DNA of 64,000 bases from IMG/VR virus record IMGVR_UViG_3300045988_081423, one strand, 5' to 3'. Position numbers and translations under genes: made by a program. The DNA is from a virus. Position 1 is the first letter of the stretch, and each line of letters starts with the position of its first letter. Shown piece by piece: positions 36,895 to 46,583 of the stretch. The notes under the pieces are model-generated. The model searched no databases and had not been told where the DNA came from. It saw nothing but the letters and a program-made list of their open reading frames with translations.

Positions 36895-39800
36895 TTTTAC
36901 TTTTGATTTAAATAAAAGGTATGAATACCCATTTATTGAATTATGTAACCCAAATAAAAAAACAATTGGAATTGTTTCTGGTATTTCCGAGCTAGTAATC
37001 TCTCCTAAATGGGGTTCTTGTTCAGAAGTTACCTTTACAATGTATCGCAAGACAAACAATAAAGTTAACCCCTGTTACAAAAGACTAAAGAAGAATAAGC
37101 TCATTCATATTGATGGGTTTGGCTACTTCACTATTGTTAGTGATGATGAAGAATTTGAAGACAAAGTTCCTCATAAATCAATTGTTGCTTATTCTGCTGA
37201 ATATCTTTTAAATAATAAAGGAATCAATCTAACCTTTATAACAACTGCTGGCGATATCAACGATACATCAAGCACTACAATTGTCACAAGTAATTATTTC
37301 TTTTATCGAGAATCTCAACCCGAAAAATCTTTGCTTCATCAGCTAATCGAAGTAGCGCCTCAATGGTCTATTGGTTATATTAGTCCTTCCCTAAAAAGCA
37401 AATCTCGCTCTTTTAGCGAAACAGACAAAGGCTTATATGGTTTTTTGACGAATGAAGTATCTCAGTCCTACGAGGCTTTGTTTGTATTTGATAACGAAAA
37501 TTATGTCGTAAACGCATATGATACTTCTGAGGTTATCAAAAATACAAGTATTGTGTTGTCTTTCGATAACCTTCTAAAAAGCGCCACCGTTAGTGAGCTA
37601 TCAGATGACATCTTCACCGTTTTAAACGTGTCTGGCGCAGAAGACCTAAGTATTGCGAAAGTAAACCCGAACGGCACGAAGAAGATTTTCTGTCTTGATT
37701 ATTATACTGGCGTTCTTGATAAAACCGCAAGTAATTATTACGAGAATTACAATGAGTGGATTACAAATAACGCCCTAAAGAAAAAGGTTCTTGAGTGGGA
37801 GAAAGCAAATAAAGAGGCTATTTATGATAAATCCACTGGCTCTTATGGTTATTGGACTTCCTTGCAAAAGAAATTTAACCTACTACTCTTGACCCAGAAA
37901 GCTATGCTAACACAAATGCAGACCTATTATGATTCTGCTCAACAAAATATGTCTCTATATACTGACTATTCTGATGTTGATAATCTACAGGTCTACGCTA
38001 AATGGTCTAGTTTTCTAAGTTCTAAAGAAGGATATGTCACTTTTGGAGAAGCTAAAAAGAATAACTACACTATCATAGACTACTATCAAGTTGCGGAATA
38101 TACAACAGATAGCAACCATAATATTACTCTGTACGCTTATTGGAAGAATTATTCACAGGCTTGCGAAGCTAATATGAATATTCTAAAAAATGGTGGTAAG
38201 CTATATACAGTCAAAAAAGAAGACTTTACTGATATCGGAGATACAGAAACTCCGTCAAGAAACCAAGACTATAACGTTCCCGCAAATTCTGCTCTTGTGG
38301 CAAATGGAGATTCTATTTCTGATAATGTTGTAGACCATAGTATAACTCCGGAAACAGGATATGCTAAATATTCTATCGAAGCTCTAACGAGGGAAATTGA
38401 AAATATTCAGAATGAACGAGACAAACTTGTAAAACAGTATTCTTACGAGACTAATTTTACTGACGAAGAAAAGCTAGAACTTGACCCGTTTATTATTGAA
38501 GGTAGTTTTTCAGACGATTCTTTTATTGTAACTGACAGTATGCAGACAAAGGATTATTCTAATACTTCAACAAAAGTAGAGGTTGTCCAAGCAAATGGCG
38601 ATATGGTTATCAAAACAATTGAAGAACTAAGCCAAGATGACGTTATTATGGATGATATCTATGTTGCCAATCAGCTTGTAGACGCTGGTTATGAAAAACT
38701 AAAGGTAGTAAGTCAGCCTAGTTTTAGCTTTAAACTGGATAGTACAAATTTCCTGTTCATAGAAAAATTTAAGCCATTCATCGACCAGCTACTCTCTATC
38801 GAAAAAAATAAAGGAAGTTTATTTGGTTCTATTTTAAATGTACAACTAGAAGACGACAACTGGGTTTATCCATACCTTCAAGAAATGGAAATTCAATATG
38901 ATGACCCAGATAGTTTTTCTATGACGTTTGGTAACAGATTTAGACTATCTGATGAAACGTATACCTTTAATGAACTTCACAATGAAACAACAAGCGCAGT
39001 TTCTAGCGTTGGTTCTTTGTTATCTGCCGTCTCTCAACCAGTTACTAATGGTACAATTGATGCGGTCACAAAATACACTAAGACTGCTCTAGTTGCCGCT
39101 AACCAAGCTATTAAGTCCACAGAAGATAACGAATTTACATTTGGTAGTTATGGCATTAAAGGACGTAAAAAATCGTCAGAAGATGACAATATCAACGGGT
39201 TCGACCCTGAACAACTCTGGATATCCAACAATAAGATTTGTTTTACGACTGACGGCTGGGCTACTACGAAAGCAGTATTCGGCAAGACTATTGTTGATGG
39301 AGTTGAATCTTATGGTTTGATTGCAGATAGTATTGTTGGTAAGCTAATTATGGGTAATAACCTCATCATTTCTAATTCTTCTAATACTTTTGAAGTAAAT
39401 GAAAACGGCATGTCAATCAGTAATGACAATATGAGTATTCGGATGAGTCCTGACATTGGTCTTGATATTGCCCGTAAAACAGCTGGTGATGATTTGAGCG
39501 TATTTAAAGTTGACGAAAATGGTAATTTAACAATCACTGGCGGTAAGATTATTGTTGGTGATGGAGCTAATAGTGGTTATATCATTGATGGCAACAATGG
39601 TTCTATTACGTCCATAATGAAAGACGCAAATGGCGACCCGCTATTCTCACTTACTAGAGATGGGCACATGAATACTTCTGGCGTTAGAATTGATGGCAAC
39701 GAAGTACCAAAACCAAGTGGAGAAATTACGCCAATTAAAGGCAATGACGGTGTTGTAGAGGACTCTGGTAATGGGCTTACTGGCGGCATTTGGGATTGCA

Positions 39801-40213
39801 TCAAAACTCTTGTTACGTTTTTCTTCGCTGGCCCATATATCGCTATTCTAAATCTTGTAGGGCGAAAAGACTCTGATGGATGGCGTAACATTTGGAATTA
39901 CTATTCAAGAAGAACCATAGACCAGATGATGACAGATATTAGAGAAATCGGGCATTACGAACTAGCGGATAAAACCATTGTTTCTGATATGATTTCTAAG
40001 AACAACGACACACTATACCAGTCTTTCGTAAGTATAAATACGAGCAACCTTACTTATTACAAAACTTGGACTGATACATTGCAGTATTTACAAGATAATT
40101 ACTATACAAAGGGCGATATTAACATAAAATTTAACATAGACGCTTCTACTTCTCTAAGCTGGAAAACAATTACAGTTAATGGAGAGAGTATGAATGTTCT
40201 TGTTAAATCATAA
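36890..40213 (+). CDS. tail-associated (Tal-like) tip protein; N-terminus extended to a non-canonical ATT start
   Basis: The frame is open from 36878 with no ATG, GTG or TTG before ATG 37040. The 50 extra residues (INFTFDLNKRYEYPFIELCNPNKKTIGIVSG..EVTFTM) look like a Tal N-terminus. GGGGGGAG at 36877-36884 lies 5 nt from ATT 36890. Confidence 0.5.
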   Translation: MNFTFDLNKRYEYPFIELCNPNKKTIGIVSGISELVISPKWGSCSEVTFTMYRKTNNKVNPCYKRLKKNKLIHIDGFGYFTIVSDDEEFEDKVPHKSIVAYSAEYLLNNKGINLTFITTAGDINDTSSTTIVTSNYFFYRESQPEKSLLHQLIEVAPQWSIGYISPSLKSKSRSFSETDKGLYGFLTNEVSQSYEALFVFDNENYVVNAYDTSEVIKNTSIVLSFDNLLKSATVSELSDDIFTVLNVSGAEDLSIAKVNPNGTKKIFCLDYYTGVLDKTASNYYENYNEWITNNALKKKVLEWEKANKEAIYDKSTGSYGYWTSLQKKFNLLLLTQKAMLTQMQTYYDSAQQNMSLYTDYSDVDNLQVYAKWSSFLSSKEGYVTFGEAKKNNYTIIDYYQVAEYTTDSNHNITLYAYWKNYSQACEANMNILKNGGKLYTVKKEDFTDIGDTETPSRNQDYNVPANSALVANGDSISDNVVDHSITPETGYAKYSIEALTREIENIQNERDKLVKQYSYETNFTDEEKLELDPFIIEGSFSDDSFIVTDSMQTKDYSNTSTKVEVVQANGDMVIKTIEELSQDDVIMDDIYVANQLVDAGYEKLKVVSQPSFSFKLDSTNFLFIEKFKPFIDQLLSIEKNKGSLFGSILNVQLEDDNWVYPYLQEMEIQYDDPDSFSMTFGNRFRLSDETYTFNELHNETTSAVSSVGSLLSAVSQPVTNGTIDAVTKYTKTALVAANQAIKSTEDNEFTFGSYGIKGRKKSSEDDNINGFDPEQLWISNNKICFTTDGWATTKAVFGKTIVDGVESYGLIADSIVGKLIMGNNLIISNSSNTFEVNENGMSISNDNMSIRMSPDIGLDIARKTAGDDLSVFKVDENGNLTITGGKIIVGDGANSGYIIDGNNGSITSIMKDANGDPLFSLTRDGHMNTSGVRIDGNEVPKPSGEITPIKGNDGVVEDSGNGLTGGIWDCIKTLVTFFFAGPYIAILNLVGRKDSDGWRNIWNYYSRRTIDQMMTDIREIGHYELADKTIVSDMISKNNDTLYQSFVSINTSNLTYYKTWTDTLQYLQDNYYTKGDINIKFNIDASTSLSWKTITVNGESMNVLVKS

Positions 40214-40231
40214 GGAATAAAAGGAGTAAAT

Positions 40232-40534
40232 ATGAATACACAAGATTTAATTTCTCAGGCTGAAAAAATCAAGCAGGCACTAAATGTTATTTCTGTTTCT
40301 GGTTATGGCAATATTAAAACACTCGGCAATTGTCTCGATGCTATGACGCAGCTTGAAAATGACATTGCATCCTACGAAAAAAACGTACAGGAAGCTATGC
40401 AAAAGCAAATTCAGGATATGGTAGAGTCTATCAAGGAAGAAGTAAAAAGTAACCAAGAAATTATTCCGGTTGACTCTTCTAAGCCTAAACCTAAACGTGT
40501 AAGAAAAGAGGGCGATGATATTGCAGAGAATTGA
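40232..40534 (+). CDS. hypothetical coiled-coil protein
   Basis: AAAGGAG RBS, 100 aa. Confidence 0.45.
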   Translation: MNTQDLISQAEKIKQALNVISVSGYGNIKTLGNCLDAMTQLENDIASYEKNVQEAMQKQIQDMVESIKEEVKSNQEIIPVDSSKPKPKRVRKEGDDIAEN

Positions 40535-40955
40535 TTCAAGTCAATTTAAAGTATTCGTTCAACAGATTGACGATATTGAATTTTTTCAAGGGGACACTGT
40601 AACAATCCCAATCCAATTTATTGATTACAATGAACATGAAATTCCTCTCGTTAAATCTGATACTGATACGACCACTGTTGAGTGGCGTCTATGTCCATAT
40701 GGACAGCCACAGAACCCCTTGCTTCAACTAGAGTCTACTCAAGATAACGCCAAAACGGATGATGTATATATCGACCCTGACACAAACGTTGTCTATGTAA
40801 ATTTAAGTGACGAAAATACAAAATCTCTTATTTACGGCAAATATATGCAACAGATTATCCTGCATTATGACTTTGGCGATGGAAGCCCCAGAAAAGACTT
40901 CCTCCGTGCGCAAGGGTTCGTATTATTTAAAGAAAAAATTCAAGATTACTTCTGA
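40515..40955 (+). CDS. hypothetical baseplate-region protein
   Basis: 146 aa, apparently beta-rich. Positional call only. Confidence 0.4.
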   Translation: MILQRIDSSQFKVFVQQIDDIEFFQGDTVTIPIQFIDYNEHEIPLVKSDTDTTTVEWRLCPYGQPQNPLLQLESTQDNAKTDDVYIDPDTNVVYVNLSDENTKSLIYGKYMQQIILHYDFGDGSPRKDFLRAQGFVLFKEKIQDYF

Positions 40956-40970
40956 TAAGGAGGATTATAT

Positions 40971-41399
40971 ATGATTTCTAAAGACTTTGCGAATAAGATT
41001 AACGCTGAAATTTTTGGTGGGCAGAACTACATTCCACCCTCTAACTGGTATTTTGGTCTATCTACTCAGCCCATCTCTGATGGTGTAATCCCTTCCGGTG
41101 CAGAGCCTACTAATCCCGGTTATTCTCGTGCACAGATTGCAAACAACCAGACCAATTTTACTACCCCAAACTATAATAGCACTTATACTTTGAGCTTTGT
41201 CTCTAACCGTAATGCTATTGCTATGAGCGAGATTACAGGCGGCAACCAGATTACCGTCCCTTATTTCTTTCTATCTAGTTCTGCCAGCGGTAATACTTGT
41301 GAGATTTGGGGAACTTTTGCCAATGCAAGAATCCTGACTCCCGACTCTCAGCTTATTGTTAAATCTGGCGGTGCGATTTTCTCTCTTGAGAACGTTTGA
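40971..41399 (+). CDS. hypothetical baseplate/fibre-associated protein
   Basis: AAGGAGG RBS, 142 aa. Contains WYFGLSTQPISDGVIPSGAEPTNPGYSRAQI. Confidence 0.4.
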   Translation: MISKDFANKINAEIFGGQNYIPPSNWYFGLSTQPISDGVIPSGAEPTNPGYSRAQIANNQTNFTTPNYNSTYTLSFVSNRNAIAMSEITGGNQITVPYFFLSSSASGNTCEIWGTFANARILTPDSQLIVKSGGAIFSLENV

Positions 41400-41425
41400 T
41401 TATTTAAAGAAAATGAGGTGACATA

Positions 41426-42094
41426 ATGATTTCACCTATTAAAATAAAAATCTGTGATAGAGATTATCACATGAATACTTCTTACGGAGAAAGAGAAGCA
41501 AGAGTAGAAACCGTAGACGGGGTTGTCGTAATAAAAAAGAAGGAAGACATCCTGCCAACAGATAGAATTATTTCTTACATTTCTAACGACTTTATTCAGC
41601 CTATTAAAATAAAGATAGTAGATTTAAATATTGTCTATACATTTTTGCTTGGAGCTGTTGCTAGAGTTGCGTTTTATTGCGGTGTACAAAAAACGTATTT
41701 GTTTATCCTAAGTTACGGGAAATTTGTTTCTAAATTGGCTTTCTTCTCAGAAACCGACAGAGCATTTTTTAAGTATTACATGCAGTCTGAAATTCCACTT
41801 TATAGCAAAATAGAATCTTACGACTCTTTTAGTAGATATACTGCTTCGATGAAGTCATCTAAAATAAAGGTAAGATTCTTGTCTAAAATGACAACTAGAG
41901 TTTCAGAGGGATATCTGCCATTAGAAAAAGTTGGTATCGGTATTCAAAAAATTGCTAACGTCATTATTACAAAGATTACTTATAAAAAGATAAAAGATAT
42001 TACACAAAACACGCTCGAAGAAGATTTCTTCGGAGATAAAACCATAGACAATTTAATTGAAATAAGACAAGACACGAGAAGTGTAAAAGAATAA
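41426..42094 (+). CDS. hypothetical protein
   Basis: GAGGTGA RBS, 222 aa. Confidence 0.4.
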   Translation: MISPIKIKICDRDYHMNTSYGEREARVETVDGVVVIKKKEDILPTDRIISYISNDFIQPIKIKIVDLNIVYTFLLGAVARVAFYCGVQKTYLFILSYGKFVSKLAFFSETDRAFFKYYMQSEIPLYSKIESYDSFSRYTASMKSSKIKVRFLSKMTTRVSEGYLPLEKVGIGIQKIANVIITKITYKKIKDITQNTLEEDFFGDKTIDNLIEIRQDTRSVKE

Positions 42095-42113
42095 TTTAAA
42101 TAGAGGTGATAAA

Positions 42114-43394
42114 ATGCCTAAATCTACGACAAATTTAAGTCTTTCTACATATGATTCTACTATAGACAAAGACAATCTGTCTAAGATGTGGTTTGATGAA
42201 ACGTTTGGCTATAGTAATAGCAACATGACTAAAATTGATGACGCATATGGAGAGCTAAAGGAGTCTGCTCCTACCAAGACAGGCGAGGGCGCTTCTGGTG
42301 ATTGGAATATCAACATTACCGGTACTGCTCAAACAGCTATTCATGATGGTGTCGGTAACGACATTAATTCTACTTATGTAAAAGATATCGAAGCAAAAGA
42401 CGGAACGCTTACAGTTAGAAAGGGTAACAACGCTTCTTCTACTGTCGATATTTCATCCCCAAAAGGGTATGTTTTGTCTAAGGAAGCATATTTCAATAAC
42501 TCCACTGACATCAATGAAGACGTATGGCTACATATCGGAAATATTAAAAACACATCTGATAATGATTTTCTTAAAGTCTCTGTCAATATGTATATTGACG
42601 GGACTTTAAGTACAAAAAATCAAGAAATTCAGAGCGTTATAGTAGAGGGTTTTGTTGGAGAAAATATCTGCATTCATGATAAGGTACAAGAAACCGCAGA
42701 ATTATTAAATACTGCGTACACGTTTTTTGAAGACAGTTATACAAATAACTGGAATTCTCTACAACAAGATACAACTCTAGCAGGCGATATCGAAAGTGTA
42801 TCAACCGTATATTTAGTTCCTACATCTGGTGGAAACGGTACCAGTAGTGCAGAATTATGGGTTTCTGAATTACGGGTTTCTGAGATGTCAACAAATTTAA
42901 AGGTAGCTGTAACGGTCACGACAAGTGACAAAAATAATTGGGAGTTCGTGCTGGAAGAAGGCACCAATGTAACAACGTCAGAATTTAAAATTTCTCCACT
43001 AAAAGAAACAACGATAATAACATCTGAGGACGTTGCTGGCGCAAGTAATACTGGCGTAGTGAGGATTGGTTCTGGCATTGCAGTAGATGAAGCCGGAATC
43101 ATTTCTGTTTCTCCTGCTACAAACGCATATGTTGGTGGTGTAAAAGCTGGCGGTGGCAATGTCAAAATTGCAAGCGATGGCACGATTAGCGTTCCGGACG
43201 CAACCTCCACAATAAAAGGTGCGGTTAAAATTGGTCAAAATCTGACAGTCAGTGATGGTTCTGTAAGTTTAACACAAGACAACGTAAGTTCTGCGATTGG
43301 ATTTATCCCAACTAAAATTACGGCTGGAACAACAGACCTAACAGCAGGAACTTCGCCGCTTAAAACCGGTGTAGTTTACCTATACTATGTATAA
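42114..43394 (+). CDS. tail fibre / receptor-binding protein
   Basis: The N-terminus LSLSTYDSTIDKDN...SNMTKIDDAY and the motif TGEGASGDWNINITGTAQTA are fibre-like. A G-x-V-[RK]-I-G motif repeats: GVVRIGSGIAVDEAGIISV, GGVKAGGGNVKIASDGTISV, KGAVKIGQNLTVSDGSVSL. Confidence 0.6.
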   Translation: MPKSTTNLSLSTYDSTIDKDNLSKMWFDETFGYSNSNMTKIDDAYGELKESAPTKTGEGASGDWNINITGTAQTAIHDGVGNDINSTYVKDIEAKDGTLTVRKGNNASSTVDISSPKGYVLSKEAYFNNSTDINEDVWLHIGNIKNTSDNDFLKVSVNMYIDGTLSTKNQEIQSVIVEGFVGENICIHDKVQETAELLNTAYTFFEDSYTNNWNSLQQDTTLAGDIESVSTVYLVPTSGGNGTSSAELWVSELRVSEMSTNLKVAVTVTTSDKNNWEFVLEEGTNVTTSEFKISPLKETTIITSEDVAGASNTGVVRIGSGIAVDEAGIISVSPATNAYVGGVKAGGGNVKIASDGTISVPDATSTIKGAVKIGQNLTVSDGSVSLTQDNVSSAIGFIPTKITAGTTDLTAGTSPLKTGVVYLYYV

Positions 43395-43407
43395 TAGGAG
43401 GTAAGAT

Positions 43408-44892
43408 ATGCCTAGCGGATATTTTGGAGTTAATAATACGGCCAGAAAAATACAGAATATATATATTGGACAAAACAACATTGCGTCTCAAGTCAAAAAG
43501 GCGTATATTGGTGACCAAAACGGCGTAGCAAGACTATGGTATCAGAGTATCGTTCCTATTAGTGAGCTGCCAGTAGGAAGCGTTGTAAAGGGAATATACG
43601 GAAGCGAAGAATTTATTATTGTTCATCAAGGAAACCCAAACACAACTATATATCCGCCAGATTGTAATGGTACTTGGATTATGGCTAAGGACTGCCTCGC
43701 AGCAAAATTATACAACTCCCCTAGAAACTCCTTGTTTACGTCCAGCTCTATATGTAATTGGCTTAATAATACTTTTTATAATCAATTAACTATAAAGAAA
43801 TATGTAAAAACAGCCACTATTCCATATTACAATGTGTCTGCTGATAGAAATAATGCATACACTTTAAATAATGGATTTTCGACAAAGATTTTTCTTTTAT
43901 CTGCTGTAGAAGCTGGTTTTTACAATCAGAGATATAATTCTGATGACACTTCAATATATGACAAAGACGGAGCAAAACTTGATTATTTTGACAAGACAAA
44001 TAACGCCAGTTCTAAACGAGTTGCCACTTATAATGGGACGGCTGTCGAATGGTGGATGAGAACGCCGCGCAAGGCACAGTGGCCCGGATACCAATGTGTA
44101 AAACCACAAACAAACGGAGCCTACGGACGGGGACACACTGACGAGACTCACGGGATTCGTCCAGTCATGATTCTTCCTAATGACATCCTTGTGGATAGCA
44201 ATGGAACGGTTTTGCAACAAACACTTAATGAATATTTGTGGGATTATTCTATTGGTCAAACTGTTAAAATTGACGTTAATGGTCAAAAACTGACATGGCG
44301 TATTGTGCACAGAGGAAATCCAGACACGAGTAAATACGATAGCAATTGCAACGGTGTGTGGCTTATGTTGGACGCACTTTATGAAACCAGTCGTATGAAT
44401 GGAATACAATATCCAGACAGTGACGTTGATTCCTATCTAAATACGACATTTTATAATATGATTGGAAAAGACAGTAACGTCAAAGATTATATTAGAACCG
44501 CAACAATACCATATGTCCATGTTACAAGAAATGACGATGACAGTTTTAGCTATCAGCTATATGTGCTATCAAACGGCATATCGCGCAGGGTATTTACTCC
44601 TAGCCCTATCGAGCTTGGTCAGAGTGTTCATTACAATCAGTATACTGACGGAGCCAAACTTGATTATTTTGATAGTGCTGCATCGAAAAGAATTAAAACA
44701 TTAAATGGAGTGCCGACCGAATATTGGACTAGAACCGCTTCTGCTTGGGATAGCGGACAATTTTATACTGTCACATCAAGTGGCAATCAAGGCCATAGTT
44801 ATTCCACGTCCTACACTCATGGTGTTTTGCCATGTATTATTATGAGAGATGACGCACTCATTAAAGATGGAGTAATTATTGGCAACGAATAA
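43408..44892 (+). CDS. tail-distal protein with an internally duplicated domain
   Basis: There are two copies of about 200 aa: ...IIVHQGNPNTTIYPPDCNGTWIM...DGAKLDYFD... and ...RIVHRGNPDTSKYDSNCNGVWLM...DGAKLDYFD... Confidence 0.5.
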   Translation: MPSGYFGVNNTARKIQNIYIGQNNIASQVKKAYIGDQNGVARLWYQSIVPISELPVGSVVKGIYGSEEFIIVHQGNPNTTIYPPDCNGTWIMAKDCLAAKLYNSPRNSLFTSSSICNWLNNTFYNQLTIKKYVKTATIPYYNVSADRNNAYTLNNGFSTKIFLLSAVEAGFYNQRYNSDDTSIYDKDGAKLDYFDKTNNASSKRVATYNGTAVEWWMRTPRKAQWPGYQCVKPQTNGAYGRGHTDETHGIRPVMILPNDILVDSNGTVLQQTLNEYLWDYSIGQTVKIDVNGQKLTWRIVHRGNPDTSKYDSNCNGVWLMLDALYETSRMNGIQYPDSDVDSYLNTTFYNMIGKDSNVKDYIRTATIPYVHVTRNDDDSFSYQLYVLSNGISRRVFTPSPIELGQSVHYNQYTDGAKLDYFDSAASKRIKTLNGVPTEYWTRTASAWDSGQFYTVTSSGNQGHSYSTSYTHGVLPCIIMRDDALIKDGVIIGNE

Positions 44893-44912
44893 CATTATAA
44901 AGAGGTGATAGA

Positions 44913-45851
44913 TTGAAAAACATTATAGATATTTCCTATGCGCAAGGCAAAATTTCAGACTATCAATGGGAGTATTTCAAGGATAATTTAACAGGGATTA
45001 TCATTCGCTTTGGGTATCGTGGATATGGGAACGGCGCAATAAAATTAGATAATTGTATCGCTTACAACGTTTTTAAGTGCCAACAATATAACATTCCTTA
45101 CGGCCTGTATTTCTTCTCACAAGCCATTAATAAACAAGAAGGAGTCGAAGAAGCTAGTGCTATAATTAACAGCGAATATTACAAAAATGCAACTCTTGGT
45201 ATCTGGTTCGACTCTGAATTTAGCAATGAGAAACGCAACGGTAGAGCTGATGCAATTTCTGTTAAATCCAGAACAGATGCGGCCAAAGGCTTCTGTGACA
45301 CCATTATTGCATCCGGTAAACAAGCTGGCATATATGCTTCTTCTAGTTGGTTTAAGACTAATTTGGATATGAACCAGCTACCATATCCTGTTTGGGTTGC
45401 TCATTATGCAAGCGATTATTCTTATAAAAAGAATGTCGTACTATGGCAATATTCAAGTTCTAACCCAATGAGAATCCCGGGTTTCAATAGATTAGATTGC
45501 GATAAAATTATTGACGAATCTTTCTTTGGTGGTCAGCCAAATATTAAGACCAAAAAAGACTATATCAAACAAATTCAATCTGCTCTCTGTGTAACCACAG
45601 ACGGTATTGCCGGAAGAAAAACAATTGCAGCGACAATCACTGTTAGCAAAACTAAAAATAACAGACATGCAGTCGTAAAACCATTACAAGAGTATCTGAA
45701 TTATCTTGGATATGATTGTGGCAATGCTGACGGTATTGCTGGTGCTAAATTTGATAGTGCTGTAAAGAAATTCCAAAAAGACCACGGATGTGTAATTGAT
45801 GGGGAACTGACAGCACAAAAAAATACTTGGAAAAAGCTTTTAACAGTTTAA
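44913..45851 (+). CDS. endolysin: GH25 muramidase plus two peptidoglycan-binding repeats
   Basis: AGAGGTGA RBS with a TTG start. GH25-type motifs: IIDISYAQG, GLYFFSQA, GIWFDSE, WVAHY, LWQYSS. C-terminal repeats: TDGIAGRKT and ADGIAGAKFDSAVKKFQKDHG..DG. Confidence 0.8.
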   Translation: MKNIIDISYAQGKISDYQWEYFKDNLTGIIIRFGYRGYGNGAIKLDNCIAYNVFKCQQYNIPYGLYFFSQAINKQEGVEEASAIINSEYYKNATLGIWFDSEFSNEKRNGRADAISVKSRTDAAKGFCDTIIASGKQAGIYASSSWFKTNLDMNQLPYPVWVAHYASDYSYKKNVVLWQYSSSNPMRIPGFNRLDCDKIIDESFFGGQPNIKTKKDYIKQIQSALCVTTDGIAGRKTIAATITVSKTKNNRHAVVKPLQEYLNYLGYDCGNADGIAGAKFDSAVKKFQKDHGCVIDGELTAQKNTWKKLLTV

Positions 45852-45861
45852 CCAATATATT

Positions 45862-45897
45862 AAAGGAGACGTATCGAAAGATACGTCTCCTTTTTTT
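45862..45897. terminator. bidirectional terminator between the convergent late and early modules
   Basis: AGGAGACGTATC / GATACGTCTCCT forms a 12-bp stem with loop GAAA, flanked by AAA on one side and T7 on the other. Confidence 0.8.
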
Positions 45898-45910
45898 GCG
45901 TTTTAAACTT

Positions 45911-46237
45911 TTAGGTACAAGGATACCAGAAGCCATTTAGTTCAAGCGTAGGAATACCATAATCTTTTGTTGCTTGATGCTCGATACGACAGCCACGAGC
46001 GTTCTCATAACCGTCCATAAACACAGCTAGGTCTGCTTTTGCAAGAACTTCAAGAGAACGTCCAAGATATACAAGGGACGGAACATCCTCTGCAAAATGG
46101 AAAATAGTATCAAGAATCTTAATATCTTCTCCCAGATACCTCTTTAATTCTTTAACGAGCTGTTCACGTTCCCATTCAATCTCTTCGGTTTTCTTGCCGT
46201 TCATTGGCTGGCTAATAAAAACATTCATTTTAGACAT
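45911..46237 (-). CDS. DUF4406 / nucleoside 2-deoxyribosyltransferase-like protein
   Basis: VFISQPMNGK..., ...LAKADLAVFMDGYENARGCRIEHQATKDYGIP matches the family pattern (isGPM.G ... D.v..l.GW..S.G...E...A...G). Confidence 0.5.
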   Translation of the reverse strand: MSKMNVFISQPMNGKKTEEIEWEREQLVKELKRYLGEDIKILDTIFHFAEDVPSLVYLGRSLEVLAKADLAVFMDGYENARGCRIEHQATKDYGIPTLELNGFWYPCT

Positions 46238-46527
46238 TATTTTTCCCCTTTATCTTTTGAAATCACATTGATTAGCTCAAGAGTGCCATTATAAATTAGC
46301 ATTGCATCATCAATCCAATCTTTTAGATAAAATCCAGAAATAATAACACGGGAACTACCTTTGCCATCATTAGAGAGTGTATCAGCTTCACGCTTCAATG
46401 AATTTAGAACAAGAATCAACTGTTCAAGATTAGACAAATCCATTTGAGTAAGGTAAAATTGTGTGTTGAGAAGAGTTAGAACGCCTGTAGTTTTTAACGG
46501 GTATTTAGTTTCTTTACTGTCAAACAT
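46237..46527 (-). CDS. hypothetical protein
   Basis: AAAGGAGG RBS, 96 aa, TAATG coupling to the next gene. Confidence 0.45.
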   Translation of the reverse strand: MFDSKETKYPLKTTGVLTLLNTQFYLTQMDLSNLEQLILVLNSLKREADTLSNDGKGSSRVIISGFYLKDWIDDAMLIYNGTLELINVISKDKGEK

Positions 46528-46551
46528 ATCTGTTCAACCTCCTTTATTAGT

Positions 46552-46580
46552 ATTATATCAAAGTCTCAATTAAAAGTCAA
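46552..46580 (-). promoter_or_regulatory. sigma-70 promoter (TTGACT, 17 nt, TATAAT)
   Basis: On the minus strand, the -35 box is at 46575-46580 and the -10 box at 46552-46557. The -35 lies within the hairpin AAGTCT/AGACTT just after the dUTPase stop. Confidence 0.65.
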
Positions 46581-46583
46581 GAC

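Noticed and set aside
42737-43238. Minus-strand ORFs of 157 and 79 aa.
   Set aside because: They are antisense to the fibre gene 42114-43394 and have no translation signals.
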